Shown here in pieces: positions 38,923 through 49,263 of a DNA stretch of 64,000 bases. Position numbers and translations under genes: made by a program. Origin of the DNA: Candidatus Latescibacterota bacterium (GTDB taxonomy: Bacteria; Latescibacterota; UBA2968); contig OZ220741.1 of assembly GCA_965116885.1 (NCBI GenBank), positions 416,001 through 480,000 on the forward strand. Reading direction: 5' to 3'. The number at the start of each line of letters is the position of its first letter. Position 1 is the stretch's first letter. The notes beneath the pieces are model-generated. The model worked only from the letters and a program-made list of their open reading frames with translations, searched no databases and was not told the origin of the DNA.

Positions 38923-41784
38923 ATGCGCGTATTATATATCCTTGCTTTCGTACTGTGGAATGCTTACTCGGTCATAGCTCAGGATTTCGGCAGCTTGACT
39001 GGAAAAGTGAAAACAGAGGACGGAGTAATTTTATTCGGTGCCAATATCATAGTCAAAGGACCGGCCATTGAAGGCATCCGGGGCGCAATCACCAACGACC
39101 AGGGAAACTATCGCATAGACCGCTTGCCACCGGGCATTTACGAAATCACCATCAGTTATATCGGATATGAAACGGTGGTTGTATCGAATGTAGAAATCCG
39201 CGCTGGCGAAAGTATGACGCGAGATTTCAAACTGACCGCTGTAACCCTCATTGGTCAACAAGTCGTGGTATCGGCATCGCGCAAACAGGAAAAAGCCCTG
39301 GACGCGCCCGCCTCAATTGCAACAGTCGATGCATCTGAAATCAGAAATCGAGAAGTCTTGACAATGAGTGAATATGTCAAGACTCTGCCCGGCGTTGACT
39401 ATGCTCAAACAGGCATATCGCAAGGCAGCATGGTCGTTCGCGGATTCAACAAAGTATTTTCTGGCGCACTGCTCACACTCGTTGACAATCGCATTGCCCG
39501 CATCCCATCCCTGCGCCTCAATGCTTATGATTTGATCCCCCTTACCAGTGACGACATTGAGCGCATCGAAATCGTTCTGGGACCCGGATCCGCGCTTTAC
39601 GGTCCCAACAGTGCCAATGGCGTGATGCACATTATCACCCGATCCCCGTTTGGATCAGAAGGCAATACAATTTCTATATCTGGCGGCCAGCGCAGTGTGC
39701 GAAAATTATCGCTGCGGCACGCCAGCAGCCTCAACAACAAGATCGGGATCAAAATTTCAGGTGGATATGTTGCAACCCATGACTGGGAATATGTCGATTC
39801 CCTGGAAGTGGAAGCACGCGGATTTAATCCACGCGATTATAGCACAGAAAGGACAAGTGGGGAGTTCAGACTCGATTTTCGACCAACAGACGACCTGACG
39901 CTGATAGGGTCGGTGGGCTATTCAAAAATGAGCGGCCTTCAACAGACGGATTTGGGTGCGGGCCAGGCGAAAGACTGGATCTATAATTTTTATCAAGGCC
40001 GCCTGCTCTATCGCGGGTGGTTCGCACAAGTCTTCTACAACACCAGTAATGCGGGCGAAACGGAACTGATCACAGCCGGCGACCCAATTGTAGATAATTC
40101 ACATTTAATAGTCTTGCAACTGCAACACAATGCCAGTTTGGGAGAGAAACAACACTTTGCTTATGGTGCTGACGTGCTGCTCACCCGGCCCAAAACACAG
40201 GGCACAGTACACGGCATGCATGAAAACAATGACGATATCGATGAATACGGGATCTATCTACAAAGCGAAACCAACCTGAGCGATCAAATCAATCTGATAC
40301 TGGCCGGACGCATCGACAAACACAGCCATATCGAAGATCTGTTTTTTTCTCCTCGCGCGGCACTGGTCATCAAACCTACGCCGGAAAACACCCTGCGATT
40401 GACATATAACCGCGCATTTAGCACGCCCTCAACCCCCGACTTGTTTGTAGATCGAGTCGGCGTTCCCGACGTCTTTATGCTGGGGACAAATTTCAGTCCG
40501 GTATTGGGATTTAGTCCAGCAATTGACCTTCGCGCACAGGGCACCGCCGGTACCGGATTCACATTTCGCAGAGACGACAATGGGCTCCCCATGTTTCGGA
40601 CGGCTTTCGCGCCCATAGCGGGCTTGTCAAAAGATCACTACTTCTCTATGCACGACCCCCAGGCCACCAATTTGATGTGGCGCGCTGCCAGAGAGGCAAT
40701 ACTGGACGGCTTTCTATCTGAACTGGAACCTCTCGCAACGGAGCTTATCGCAGGCGGGCTTGGGCTACCACCAGATCAAGCGGTTGCGCTGGTCGAAAAA
40801 CTCGTCGAGATCTTTCCCGGAACTATCCCAGAACAACTGCCGGGCTTGCAAAATACGGCTGCGACACTGAATGCAGAAACGCAGGGTTTCGATCCCATAC
40901 CCGACCTCGCCAATGCAGTGACAGACATAGAAAAACTCGGCCCCACCATCACAGAAACCTTTGAATTGGGATACAAAGGCGTCATCAAAAACAAACTGAT
41001 CCTGGCAGCCGATGTCTATCAAACCAGAATCAAAAATTTCGTCAGCCCGTTGCGGATTGAAACGCCCAACGTATTTCTCGCACCCGGTCCCTTAAGCGAA
41101 GCCCTGACAGACGCGCTTACCGAGAACCTGAAAGACCCTGCCAATGCAAGCCTCGCAATTGCCCTTATTTTTTTAGACCAACTCAACGAGCCAGAGTTGG
41201 GTTTGGTTGGCAATGGCAATGGAACAGGCGTGGATGAATTGACGGCGTTATTCGTAGCCAACGCAGCGCTGATCCCATTTGGTACCATAGTGCCCGAACA
41301 GGCGGCAGACCCCAATGCAGTGATCGTCGCACCCCGCAACTTTGGCAACATAACGCTCTACGGTGCTGACCTATCATTTGCTTATTATCTAAACGAAATA
41401 TGGGCTTTTACCGGCAATTATTCCTACGTCAGCAAGGACTTGTTCCCCAATTTAGACAACATCGGCGACATTGCCCTCAATGCTCCCCGGCACAAATTTA
41501 ACATCGGAGTCGATTGCCAACTGCCCAATATACCGCTCACGATCCGAGGAAAATTGCGCTACCGTGACGGCTTTCCAATGCAATCGGGTATATATGTCGG
41601 CGATGTAGATGCCCATACGGTTCTGGACTTGAATCTCACCTATCAATTGCCACTTTCAAATGATCGCTTCACCACCACCTTGAGTTTGGATGCCAGCAAT
41701 TTGCTAAACCAGGGATATCAATCACTTGTCGGTGCGCCCTGGATCGGACGCCTGATTACAAGCAGCTTGCATGTTCGATTCTAA
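38923..41784 (+). CDS. TonB-dependent receptor, paralog 2
   Basis: Collinear near-copy of paralog 1; AGGAGG RBS. Confidence 0.92.
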   Translation: MRVLYILAFVLWNAYSVIAQDFGSLTGKVKTEDGVILFGANIIVKGPAIEGIRGAITNDQGNYRIDRLPPGIYEITISYIGYETVVVSNVEIRAGESMTRDFKLTAVTLIGQQVVVSASRKQEKALDAPASIATVDASEIRNREVLTMSEYVKTLPGVDYAQTGISQGSMVVRGFNKVFSGALLTLVDNRIARIPSLRLNAYDLIPLTSDDIERIEIVLGPGSALYGPNSANGVMHIITRSPFGSEGNTISISGGQRSVRKLSLRHASSLNNKIGIKISGGYVATHDWEYVDSLEVEARGFNPRDYSTERTSGEFRLDFRPTDDLTLIGSVGYSKMSGLQQTDLGAGQAKDWIYNFYQGRLLYRGWFAQVFYNTSNAGETELITAGDPIVDNSHLIVLQLQHNASLGEKQHFAYGADVLLTRPKTQGTVHGMHENNDDIDEYGIYLQSETNLSDQINLILAGRIDKHSHIEDLFFSPRAALVIKPTPENTLRLTYNRAFSTPSTPDLFVDRVGVPDVFMLGTNFSPVLGFSPAIDLRAQGTAGTGFTFRRDDNGLPMFRTAFAPIAGLSKDHYFSMHDPQATNLMWRAAREAILDGFLSELEPLATELIAGGLGLPPDQAVALVEKLVEIFPGTIPEQLPGLQNTAATLNAETQGFDPIPDLANAVTDIEKLGPTITETFELGYKGVIKNKLILAADVYQTRIKNFVSPLRIETPNVFLAPGPLSEALTDALTENLKDPANASLAIALIFLDQLNEPELGLVGNGNGTGVDELTALFVANAALIPFGTIVPEQAADPNAVIVAPRNFGNITLYGADLSFAYYLNEIWAFTGNYSYVSKDLFPNLDNIGDIALNAPRHKFNIGVDCQLPNIPLTIRGKLRYRDGFPMQSGIYVGDVDAHTVLDLNLTYQLPLSNDRFTTTLSLDASNLLNQGYQSLVGAPWIGRLITSSLHVRF

Positions 41785-41864
41785 CGCTGGTGGAAAAGAT
41801 GCTTCGGCTCCGTTCCACTCCGCTCAGCATGACAAAACGCCTGACATGCGTAACATCAAAAATG

Positions 41865-41898
41865 AAAAAATCCGAATCGCAATGATTCGGATTTTTTT
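41865..41898. terminator. Bidirectional terminator
   Basis: aaaaaatccgaatc-N5-gattcggattttttt between convergent genes. Confidence 0.75.
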
Positions 41899-41910
41899 AT
41901 TCTCAGCGAT

Positions 41911-43101
41911 CTACCCAAGCGGCTGATACGACCGGGATTCTGGATCGCGTTCGGGAAGCCCCAAACTATCCCAAAAAATTGTGTGTTCAAATGGCGTGAG
42001 GCGAAAATCCGGAATGGGAACTGGCGCACCGCCCAACTCGGCGGATTTATTTGCCAAAATCCCCGGCAGACAGTATTCAATGGCGCGATACACATCAATC
42101 GGCGATGGCTTGCCAGCGAGAATAGACTGTGTAAAATGTCGGGCGAGTTTTAAGTCCGCACCGCCGTGACCTGCAGAAGTATCATCGCCATGTGCGCCAA
42201 GACCAACAGGTAAAACCTCCCAACCACTGCGATGATCTGCCCCTCGAGAAAAGCGCCGAGCGTGTTTTTCATAGCTAAACCATTCGGCACCGCCCTCAAC
42301 GCCAAAAATGCGATAGCGGTGTTCAGAAGGACGGGCCGTATTCAGTGTAACCATAATCTTGATAAGCGCGCCCTTGGCTGTTTCGAACACCGCGATCTGG
42401 CCGTCGGAACGCAGAGGTGCGTCGGCACTTCGGAACGGCGCACTGCGGCAAGAAACAGAAACACAGCGATCATCAATCACTTCGAGCAATGGCCCCAGGT
42501 CATGCGTCAGATATTGAATAGGAGGTTGATCGGCACGCCAGATCGGCATTGTATCCGCATAACCGGCTGCTCGCGCTCGCGTCGGCGTATGACGCGAACT
42601 ATCCGGGCGAAAAAGCGTACCCGGCAAATGGTGAATATACTCGCCTTCAGCAATGGAAATAGGGCCAAAACGATCTTCGGCAACCCACTTGCGAAAATAG
42701 CGAAAAAAATCCCAATAACAGGTATTTTCTCCCAGCATATACGTTTTGCCCGTGTACTCAACGGTTTGCCGCAAATTCATACACTCTTCCTGCGTATAAG
42801 CCCCCGGCACTTCCGAAAGCACATGACACCCCGCGCGCATCGCCTCACATCCGTGTTCCACCTGCAATTTCCCATTCGTAGCAACCACAATAGCATCGGG
42901 TTTGAGATCGAGCAAATCGTCAAACTCGGGCAAAATCGGAGCCGATGCACCAACCGATGTCAGGTGTTGCTCGGCGCGTTCTCTCAAACGCGGAAAGCGG
43001 TCACAAGCACCAATAACCTCAGCCTCTTCCAGAGCGAGGAAATTTCTAAAATGCGTAAAACCGCGACCGAGGCCCAGGATACCAACTTTGAGTTTATCCA
43101 T
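41911..43101 (-). CDS. Gfo/Idh/MocA family oxidoreductase
   Basis: KVGILGLGRG, HVLSEVP, YMLGEN, EGEYIH, GHGGAD. Confidence 0.88.
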   Translation of the reverse strand: MDKLKVGILGLGRGFTHFRNFLALEEAEVIGACDRFPRLRERAEQHLTSVGASAPILPEFDDLLDLKPDAIVVATNGKLQVEHGCEAMRAGCHVLSEVPGAYTQEECMNLRQTVEYTGKTYMLGENTCYWDFFRYFRKWVAEDRFGPISIAEGEYIHHLPGTLFRPDSSRHTPTRARAAGYADTMPIWRADQPPIQYLTHDLGPLLEVIDDRCVSVSCRSAPFRSADAPLRSDGQIAVFETAKGALIKIMVTLNTARPSEHRYRIFGVEGGAEWFSYEKHARRFSRGADHRSGWEVLPVGLGAHGDDTSAGHGGADLKLARHFTQSILAGKPSPIDVYRAIEYCLPGILANKSAELGGAPVPIPDFRLTPFEHTIFWDSLGLPERDPESRSYQPLG

Positions 43102-43116
43102 AATAAAACCTCACAA

Positions 43117-44802
43117 TCAAGCAGACACAATGCGGATATCAACCTCAAATGTACTGACGGGATAATTTATACCCCAGATTTCGAGAACGCCGGGATGAAC
43201 TTCGCCAATAAGCCCGTAAACGCGCTCGCCTACGCAGATCTCGCCACTGCGACCGGGTAAAAATGTGGGATGCTCAATCGGCGCAATAGTATATTCAAAG
43301 TCAAAATAATAAGATAATACCTCCAGATAGCTCTGAATACCAGACAAATTGGCCTCGTCACTCGCTTCGAGCGCGCAAAGATGAATATCTGTGCGCGTAC
43401 CGTAATCTTCTCCCGACGCGAGAACCCCCACCTCACCCACTTCAAAAATCCGATGCGGGTACAACGCGCGGCGGCTTGTCGCTTCGGTCTTCAACAAACC
43501 GGGCAGCAGTGCCCCCCGAATCGCGCTGTAATTTTCGGACATGGGATTTGAAATCGAGACAATCTTTGCATCTGGATTATTCATATCCACGGTCTGTTCT
43601 TTTTTAGAACAGAGAATCGGCAAAAAGACCTCTTGAAATCCGCTCCCAACCATGAGATTGCGAAATCGGTCTGCAAGATCCTCTTCTGGTGCGGCTTTGC
43701 CAATCGTAAAATCCCGGGGCATCTCGGGTTCAAAAGCCTCGTACCCCACACCGATCACAACATCTTCCACCACATCGACGGGATGCAAAATATCGTCGCG
43801 ATAAGGTGCTGGACGCACTTTAATAATCCGGTCTCGTACATCAACATCCCGATAACCCATCGCGTTGAGCGCGGTCTGAATCTGCCCTATCGAAATATGT
43901 GACCCAACCACTTTGTAAATCTCATCTATATCGACTTGCAATGGCTCGGTCATATCATACGGACACGTCACAACCTGTCCCCTCGGCGTGTGAAATGGAT
44001 ACCGCACCGTCACGGGATAAATGCGACCGCCCCGGTCAGCCATATTGACCGCCATAATCGCCATAGACAAAAGAATAGCGTCGAGTTCAGGACCCGTTGC
44101 TTCGCAAAACAAAAACGTATCCCCCACTTCAACGCGCCCCAGGCTCTGACTATTAATAACAGGAGGCATCGAAAGAACCTCGCCGCGCGAATCGCGGATC
44201 AGGGGAAACTTATCCTTCCCCTCGAGAAGATGTGCATACATCCTGCCCGTGGGATGATCGGACAAAATCTGTCGCAAAGACATCTCATCTTCAAACTCCA
44301 GAGGAACAAAAGCCGTCACATCGGGATCAACCGCATCGTATCGCACCGGATACACAATATCGGACGCATCGTAAATCCCAATCGCAACAACGCTGCGCCC
44401 GCGCCCATATCCATCGGCGAGTTTTTCCTGCGCCTCGATAAGCGCATCCAGTGCCGCATCATCAATCGCAATACCCTCACACGCAAAAGCGGCAATATAG
44501 GGACGGATATTTCGCAAGCCGGGATCGACAATAACCTCCCGTTCCTGCGATACGCCAGACGCATCAAAAAAAGAATAATCCGGCTTCACATTCTCCCGAT
44601 GGCTTTTGAGCAATCGCGCAAGCCCCTCTCCCGACCACAAATCGGGGCGGTTGGTATCCTTGAGTTGAATGCGAAGCGTATCGCCCTCTTCCGCATCGAT
44701 CTCAGCCTTCGCCGTTTCAAGCGCAACACTCAAACTCTCCGAAGAATAAACCTGCCCTGCGAGACGTTCAAAATCGGGTTTATTAACTGTAATCGTTGGC
44801 AT
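43117..44802 (-). CDS. pheT: Phenylalanine--tRNA ligase beta subunit, short archaeal/eukaryotic genre
   Basis: 561 aa, MPTITV, TNRPDLWS, LSMPPVINS, YRDDILHPVDVVED. Confidence 0.92.
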   Translation of the reverse strand: MPTITVNKPDFERLAGQVYSSESLSVALETAKAEIDAEEGDTLRIQLKDTNRPDLWSGEGLARLLKSHRENVKPDYSFFDASGVSQEREVIVDPGLRNIRPYIAAFACEGIAIDDAALDALIEAQEKLADGYGRGRSVVAIGIYDASDIVYPVRYDAVDPDVTAFVPLEFEDEMSLRQILSDHPTGRMYAHLLEGKDKFPLIRDSRGEVLSMPPVINSQSLGRVEVGDTFLFCEATGPELDAILLSMAIMAVNMADRGGRIYPVTVRYPFHTPRGQVVTCPYDMTEPLQVDIDEIYKVVGSHISIGQIQTALNAMGYRDVDVRDRIIKVRPAPYRDDILHPVDVVEDVVIGVGYEAFEPEMPRDFTIGKAAPEEDLADRFRNLMVGSGFQEVFLPILCSKKEQTVDMNNPDAKIVSISNPMSENYSAIRGALLPGLLKTEATSRRALYPHRIFEVGEVGVLASGEDYGTRTDIHLCALEASDEANLSGIQSYLEVLSYYFDFEYTIAPIEHPTFLPGRSGEICVGERVYGLIGEVHPGVLEIWGINYPVSTFEVDIRIVSA

Positions 44803-44822
44803 TTTTTATTCCTGATATTTAT

Positions 44823-46364
44823 CTACCGCGTATTCCTGACCAGATCCAAATCCGTACTGAACAAATCGCGAATATCGTTAATACCCAGCGCGACCATCGC
44901 CATTCTATCAACCCCCAGACCCCAGGCAATAACTGGCACATCCACACCCAGAGGTCGTGTAAGTTCAGGCCGAAAAAGACCCGCGCCACCAAGTTCGATC
45001 CATCCCAGAACGGGATGCTTCGCCTGAAGTTCGACCGAAGGCTCGGTAAAAGGAAAATAATCGGGCACATAGCGCACATCTTCGGCCTGCGCGATCTCAA
45101 GGGCGAACAGCTTGAGCAAACCGAGCAAACTGCGAAAATTTATCTCCTCGCCCAAAACAATACCCTCAGCCTGAAAAAAATCTGCCGCGTGCGTGGCATC
45201 GACATCATCCGGACGAAAACAACGCGCAAGAGCGAAATACTTACCCGGGATATTCGGTTCTGAAGCGAGCGCACGCGCCGAAAGCGCAGTGCCCTGACTC
45301 CGCAAAATAAGGCGGCGCGACTGTTCGGGATTAAATTCATATCGCCACCCGCGCGACCCCGTATCGCCCCCATTTTGATGCGCCTCAGCCACCCGGGAAA
45401 AATGGGGTTCCTCTGCCTCTCGGGATTGCGTTGGCTCCGTAACATAATACGCATCGTGAATATTGCGCGCCGCGTGAAACTGCGGCATAAAAAGGGCATC
45501 CATATTCCAGAACTCGGTCTCCACCAGAGAACCTTTCAACTCTTCAAAACCAAGCGCCATCAACCGGCGCCGCACATTATCGAGATACGCCCGATAGGGA
45601 TGGTGCTTCCCAATAAGCACGCGCGGCGGCTTAATCGACAAATCATATCGGCGAAAAGATGCGCCCTGCCATGTACCTTTCTGAATCATTTCCGGCGTAA
45701 GCCGAGAAACTTCATCACCCGTAAGATTGGCTTTGACAACCTCCACAAGCACGCGCCGCCCTTCTTCCGTAAGACAATAAACCCGCTCTGTGCGCTCGTC
45801 CAAACGAACAGGCGCCCTGCCCCCGCCGCGCTTGCGGGCATTGGCTTCAATATATTGGACAACATCACCGGGAAAATTATCAATCTCAATTCCCGTATCG
45901 GAAAATTTGTCAAACAATTCTGGCATAAGTCGATCAATAAAAAAAGAAGCCCGATCTGCATCGACAATAACAACAGCCCCCTTATCCAGATCGATAATCC
46001 CATCCTTTTTCAAACCGCCAAAAGCACTGCCCCAGGCACCTCTGTCAAAACGCTCGTCGGCTTGCAAATCTTGAATCCCAACGCGCTCTGCACTCGCCCG
46101 GGTCAAAAGTGCCGTCTCTGGCGTCGCGCCCTTTGTTGCAAAATCCCGTCCCACTTCCGTAAGCGAAACTGTTGCGCGCGTATTTTCCCCGGTAACTTCG
46201 AGCAACTGCTTGGAAATCAGCCACTCAACCGCGCGTCTAACCTGTCCTTCGCCAATGCCTGCCCCCTTTTGAAGTTGTGCATCGGACTGCTCGGCACTGG
46301 CATTATTCTCATATACACGCAAAATGCGAATTTCGAGCGCATGTAAAGAAGCGAGATCCATCAA
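44823..46364 (-). CDS. pheS: Phenylalanine--tRNA ligase alpha subunit, long archaeal/eukaryotic genre
   Basis: 513 aa, FWNMDALFMPQFHAAR, YFPFTEPS, WGLGVDR; start TTG 46364 or ATG 46361. Confidence 0.93.
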   Translation of the reverse strand: MMDLASLHALEIRILRVYENNASAEQSDAQLQKGAGIGEGQVRRAVEWLISKQLLEVTGENTRATVSLTEVGRDFATKGATPETALLTRASAERVGIQDLQADERFDRGAWGSAFGGLKKDGIIDLDKGAVVIVDADRASFFIDRLMPELFDKFSDTGIEIDNFPGDVVQYIEANARKRGGGRAPVRLDERTERVYCLTEEGRRVLVEVVKANLTGDEVSRLTPEMIQKGTWQGASFRRYDLSIKPPRVLIGKHHPYRAYLDNVRRRLMALGFEELKGSLVETEFWNMDALFMPQFHAARNIHDAYYVTEPTQSREAEEPHFSRVAEAHQNGGDTGSRGWRYEFNPEQSRRLILRSQGTALSARALASEPNIPGKYFALARCFRPDDVDATHAADFFQAEGIVLGEEINFRSLLGLLKLFALEIAQAEDVRYVPDYFPFTEPSVELQAKHPVLGWIELGGAGLFRPELTRPLGVDVPVIAWGLGVDRMAMVALGINDIRDLFSTDLDLVRNTR

Positions 46365-46405
46365 GAGAAACTCCTTATGTAGCGATCAACACTCTACTGA
46401 CTGTC

Positions 46406-46522
46406 GGGACGGCACAGGGGCCGTCCCCTACGGGCGGGCACGAGGCACCGCCCCTACGGTGATATTGTGATTTTTTGTAGGGACAACCCCCTGTGGTTGT
46501 CCTTCGCCCCCTGTGGTCGCCC
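46406..46522. repeat. Cluster of REP palindromes in the pheS 5' UTR
   Basis: Copies at 46406-46431 and 46432-46457 (minus), 46477-46502 (plus), plus a partial copy. Confidence 0.8.
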
Positions 46523-46531
46523 ATTGACAAC

Positions 46532-46800
46532 AAAAAAGCCCCTTCGTCATCATATAGGGACGAAAGAGCTTCTCCGCGGTACCACCCTATTTGCGCTAAA
46601 AAGCACCACTCAGCGGATGGCCATCACCATCCTGTCCATTATCGGTGGACCCACCGGCTCGGCTTAATAGGAAACTGTCTCTCCATTCGGCTTTGCAGCT
46701 CGGGAGGGAACTTCGCCTGTGCATCCTGCAGATGTGCTTTCAGCCCAGGACACATCCTCTCTATGCAGTTGGGAACAGGCTACTTTTCTCCGTCATAGCT
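46532..46800 (-). ncRNA. T-box riboswitch (Phe specifier), transcriptional type
   Basis: AGGGTGGTACCGCG T-box (46575-46588); stem I AGTA, AGAGA and GCTGAAA motifs; GAAG-TTC specifier (46708-46710); terminator 46532-46570. Confidence 0.9.
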
Positions 46801-46810
46801 TTAAAGGCAA

Positions 46811-46839
46811 AACATAGAAATTTGCGCTACAAGTGTCAA
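46811..46839 (-). promoter_or_regulatory. Sigma70 promoter of the pheST leader
   Basis: TTGACA-N17-TATGTT. Confidence 0.75.
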
Positions 46840-46855
46840 GCCGAAAGTCGCAAAT

Positions 46856-49108
46856 CTATCCGCCAACCGATTTTCCAAAGGCACTCACAAACAGAAGAAA
46901 ATCGGGAAAGTCAACAGTACCGTTCCTATCGATATCATATTGGGCCTCGGACGATCCAAATGCCCCTACAAACAGGAGAAAATCAGCAAACTCGATTACG
47001 CCATTGCCGTCAAAATCCGATTTGGCTTCCACAGAAAGCGGCTGGACAACGCCAGAAATCGTCAGCATAAACCTTGCGCGATCCGGATCATTACTCAAAA
47101 TATTGATACTACCCGAAAACTCGCCCTCCATGGGTTTGGGAAACGTAATCGTAATCGTCGCCGAACTATCCGGAGATAGTGTAAACATAGAAGGCTCAAA
47201 CGTCAAACCCGACACATCGCTCTCAATACCCGTAATCTCCAGAGGCGCAGTACCCGTATTCGTAATCGTAAAAGTCTGCTGAGCTGTCTTCTCAGCATCA
47301 ATACTCCCAAAATCAATCGCCGGTTCACCCACAACAAGCACAGGCGCAGGTGCCGCCTGCACAATCACAGAAACGGATAAAGTCCGCGTCGCACGATCAG
47401 GATCATTACTCGAAATCGTGATATTACCCGAAAATGTGCCTTCCACAGAACTCGGAAATGTCACCGTCACCGTGCGCGAACCGCCAGGTTCCAATGTGAA
47501 CATCGTAGTATCAAACGTCAAACCCGACACATCGCTCTCAATACCCGTTATCTCCAGCGGTGCTGTCCCCGTGTTCTCAATCGCAATCGTCTGTTGACCT
47601 GTTTGACCTGCCTCAATAGCACCGAAATTAACAGCCGTTTGCTGAACCGCAATCACCGGCACAGGTGCCGCCTGCACAATCACAGAAATAGATAATATCT
47701 GCGTTGCACGATCCGGATCATTACTCGAAATCGTGATATTCCCTGAAAATGTGCCTTCCACAGAACTCGGAAACGTAATTGTCACCGTCTGTGAACCATT
47801 GGGTGCCAGGGTGAACATCGTAGTATCAAACGTCAAACCCGACACATCGCTCTCAATACCCGTAATCTCCAGCGGTGCAGTACCCGTGTTCATAATCGCA
47901 ATCGTCCGTTGACCTGTTTGGCCTGCCTCAATAGTGCCAAAATCAACTGCCGTTTGCTGAACCGCAATCACCGGCGCAGGTGGCGGCTGGACAATCACAG
48001 ACACGGATAAAGTCCGCGTTGCGCGATCAGGATCATTACTCGAAATCGTGATATTACCCGAAAACGTGCCCTCCACAGAACTCGGAAACGTCACCGTCAC
48101 CGTCTGTGAACCATTGGGAGCCAGTGTAAATGTAGAAGGCGTAAACGTCAAACCCGACACATTACTCTGAATACCCGTAATCTCCAGCGGTGCAGTACCT
48201 GTATTCCTGATCGTAATCGTCTGTTGACCTGTCTGCCCTGCCTCAATAGTACCGAAATTAACTGCCGTTTGCTGCACAGCAATCGCTGGTGCAGGGGGCG
48301 GTTGAACAATCACAGAAACGGATAATGTCTGTGTTGCACGATCCGGATCATTACTCGAAATCGTGATATTACCCGAAAACGTGCCCTCCACAGAACTCGG
48401 AAATGTCACCGTCACCGTCTGAGAACCGTTGGGCGCCAGTGTGAACATTGTAGTATCAAACGTCAAACCCGACACATCGCCCTCACCCTTAATCCCCGTT
48501 ATCTCCAAATCCGCTGTACCCGTGTTTGTAATCGTAATCGTTTGTTCACCTGTTTGACCGGCGTCAATAGTCCCGAAATCAATAGCTGTTTGCTGCACAG
48601 AGATCGCTGGCACAGGCGCGGGTATTTGTGCCAACAACTCATCAACCACCTTTGCCGCGTTACTACGTGCAGTGGAATTCGTCAAACTGCTTGATGCAAA
48701 AAAGCGCACAATTCCATCGGGACCAACGACAATGAGATCCTCAAGGCCGAATGGGCTACCTGCGTTTCGGAGCACAGGAAAAGTGACACTTGCGGCAGTG
48801 CGAAAACTATTAACTTGACCCGGATTACCATTCCAAACATCGAGACCCAACATGGCAAAATTATCGGAATCTTTATACTTACCCCAAATTTCGCTTTCGA
48901 GAGACGGACCCGCCTCTCTACAGCGCGTTCAACTCCACCCAATGACCGCAAGCACGAGTACTTTGCCTTCATAGTCAGAGGCCTTATGTGTAGTGCCGCT
49001 GGGATCTGGGAAAGAAAAATTAACAATCGGTTGCCCAACCGTTTGTGCAGAAGCAGCCCCAACGAGCAAAAGTAGAATCATCGGGATGGACAATAGATAT
49101 TTACGCAT
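46856..49108 (-). CDS. Exported selenoprotein: thioredoxin-fold (AhpC/TSA-like, UxxC) domain + 5 Ig-like repeats + EF-hand/dockerin-like tail; 750 aa with Sec60
   Basis: In-frame TGA at 48929-48931 in GKVLVLAVIGWS-U-TRC joins two track ORFs; SECIS-like hairpin follows. Confidence 0.85.
47050..48615 (-). repeat. Five intragenic 315-bp (105-aa) tandem repeats
   Basis: acaatcacag recurs at 47361, 47676, 47991, 48306; repeating motif DFG...ITNTGTAPLEITGI...ISSNDPD; boundaries approximate. Confidence 0.9.
48892..48925 (-). promoter_or_regulatory. Bacterial SECIS element candidate
   Basis: GAGAGGCG-GGTC-CGTCTCTC upper stem, CGCT/AGCG lower stem; loop starts 18 nt after the UGA. Confidence 0.8.
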
Positions 49109-49263
49109 GGCATTTATCCTTATATATTGGTGAAAGAAAGACGGGACGGCACGGGGGCCGTCCCCTACAACAACATGCTGCAATGACGGCTCTCCTGTCC
49201 TAAAGGTATCAACGCTTCAATCTAACAGAAGTTTCTCCACGGGTCAACCACAAGGAGCGAGCG

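Noticed and set aside
41798..41834. gatgcttcggctccg...ctcagcatgaca as a repeat-family member
   Set aside because: Resembles an intergenic repeat type but has only one copy in this window
47050..48615. CRISPR-like or non-coding repeat array
   Set aside because: The 315-bp units are in-frame protein domains with no spacers, and no cas genes are present
46856..48853. Standalone 665-aa protein starting at MLGLDV
   Set aside because: Starts mid thioredoxin fold without a signal peptide; better explained as the 3' part of the Sec read-through gene
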